From Thermoanaerobaculia bacterium (lineage in GTDB: Bacteria > Acidobacteriota > Thermoanaerobaculia > UBA5066 > Gp7-AA6), in assembly GCA_038224325.1 (NCBI GenBank), contig JBBRFL010000016.1, positions 3,076-67,075 of the forward strand: 64,000 nucleotides of DNA, in the 5' to 3' direction. The translations under genes and the position numbers were made by a program. Each line of letters begins with the position of its first letter. Position 1 is the stretch's first letter. Below the pieces are notes generated by a model, which had not been told where the DNA came from, did not search any database, and saw only the letters and a program-made list of their open reading frames with translations. This document shows, piece by piece, positions 63,672 to 64,000 of this stretch.

Positions 63672-64000
63672 TCACAGGAGCGGCGCCAGCCGGGCAGCGA
63701 GGGAGTCCCCGAAACGGTGGAGGGCGCCGCGCCGGTTCCAGGACCGCCGCTCGATCTCGACCGAGGCCGCCAGGTCCTCGAGGTATTGAGCCTCCATCCG
63801 CGCGGCGGTCTCGACGTCCGCGATCACGAAGTTGCACTCGGCGTTGAGCTCGAAGGACCGGAAGTCGAGGTTGCTCGATCCCACCAGCGATAGGAGCCCG
63901 TCGGCCACCATCGTCTTGGCGTGGAGGATCGCGGGCTGGTACTCGAAGATGCGCACGCCCCGGGAGAGAAGCCCCGAATAGAAACCGTGGCTGGCGTGCC
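63672..64000 (-). CDS. cls: Cardiolipin synthase / phospholipase D family protein, C-terminal part only (5' end beyond window)
   Basis: HKD motif HAKTMVADG....GSSNLD. The frame stays open to the window edge (RIFEYQP... continues upstream). Confidence 0.75.
   Translation of the reverse strand, partial: HASHGFYSGLLSRGVRIFEYQPAILHAKTMVADGLLSLVGSSNLDFRSFELNAECNFVIADVETAARMEAQYLEDLAASVEIERRSWNRRGALHRFGDSLAARLAPLL

Overview
This 64 kb window is high-GC (about 70%) bacterial chromosomal DNA, possibly from Deltaproteobacteria or Acidobacteria. It is densely packed with housekeeping operons in which neighbouring genes often overlap by 4 nt (ATGA, GTGA or TTGA). No CRISPR array, transposase or integrase was seen. 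Many long ORFs in the supplied track are wrong-frame or antisense artefacts of the GC bias and were discarded.

Identified genes, in order:
- A partial gene running off the window start (<1..1624, minus) encodes a DUF4388 domain, a transmembrane helix and a SPOR-like tail. The ORF track missed it because it has no stop inside the window.
- DNA repair and cell-wall genes: uvrC, uvrB, PBP1A, murJ, mutS, nagZ, ssb.
- A minus-strand operon: LolB-like lipoprotein, ispE, spoVG, tRNA-Gln, prs, rplY, pth, rpsF, rpsR, a DUF2232 membrane protein, rplI.
- A plus-strand four-gene locus at 17528..21397: two paralogous proteins with N-terminal MshEN/T2SS-E-N c-di-GMP receptor motifs flank an IHF/HU-like gene and are followed by an M50 site-2-protease-like membrane protease. 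This is the most interesting candidate for an undescribed signalling module.
- Metabolic genes: dtd, tsaB, rimI, a DUF465 gene, psd, pssA, hutH, hutU, purA.
- A very large orphan multi-TM sensor histidine kinase with a downstream lipoprotein.
- tRNA-Lys with low-GC flanks carrying a Pro/Thr-rich Ig-like lipoprotein, small ORFs and ORF fragments.
- A TPR, DUF4337, DUF1579, GT39 glycosyltransferase and POT transporter cluster; a KefB-like antiporter.
- A complete heme supercluster: minus-strand ccsA-like/hemX-hemA-hemC-hemD-hemB-hemL diverges from plus-strand acnA-hemE-hemN-hemH-hemY across a 48 bp region.
- A membrane-anchored c-type cytochrome and the 3' end of a cardiolipin synthase at the window end.

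Other points worth a second look:
- pth and psd have no canonical start codon; a CTG sits at the upstream gene's stop in both cases.
- The two DNA-repair divergent regions (uvrB/PBP1A and mutS/tsaB) share a 10-mer, AGCATAACGG.
- A frameshifted IPT/TIG-like pseudogene lies beside tRNA-Gln.
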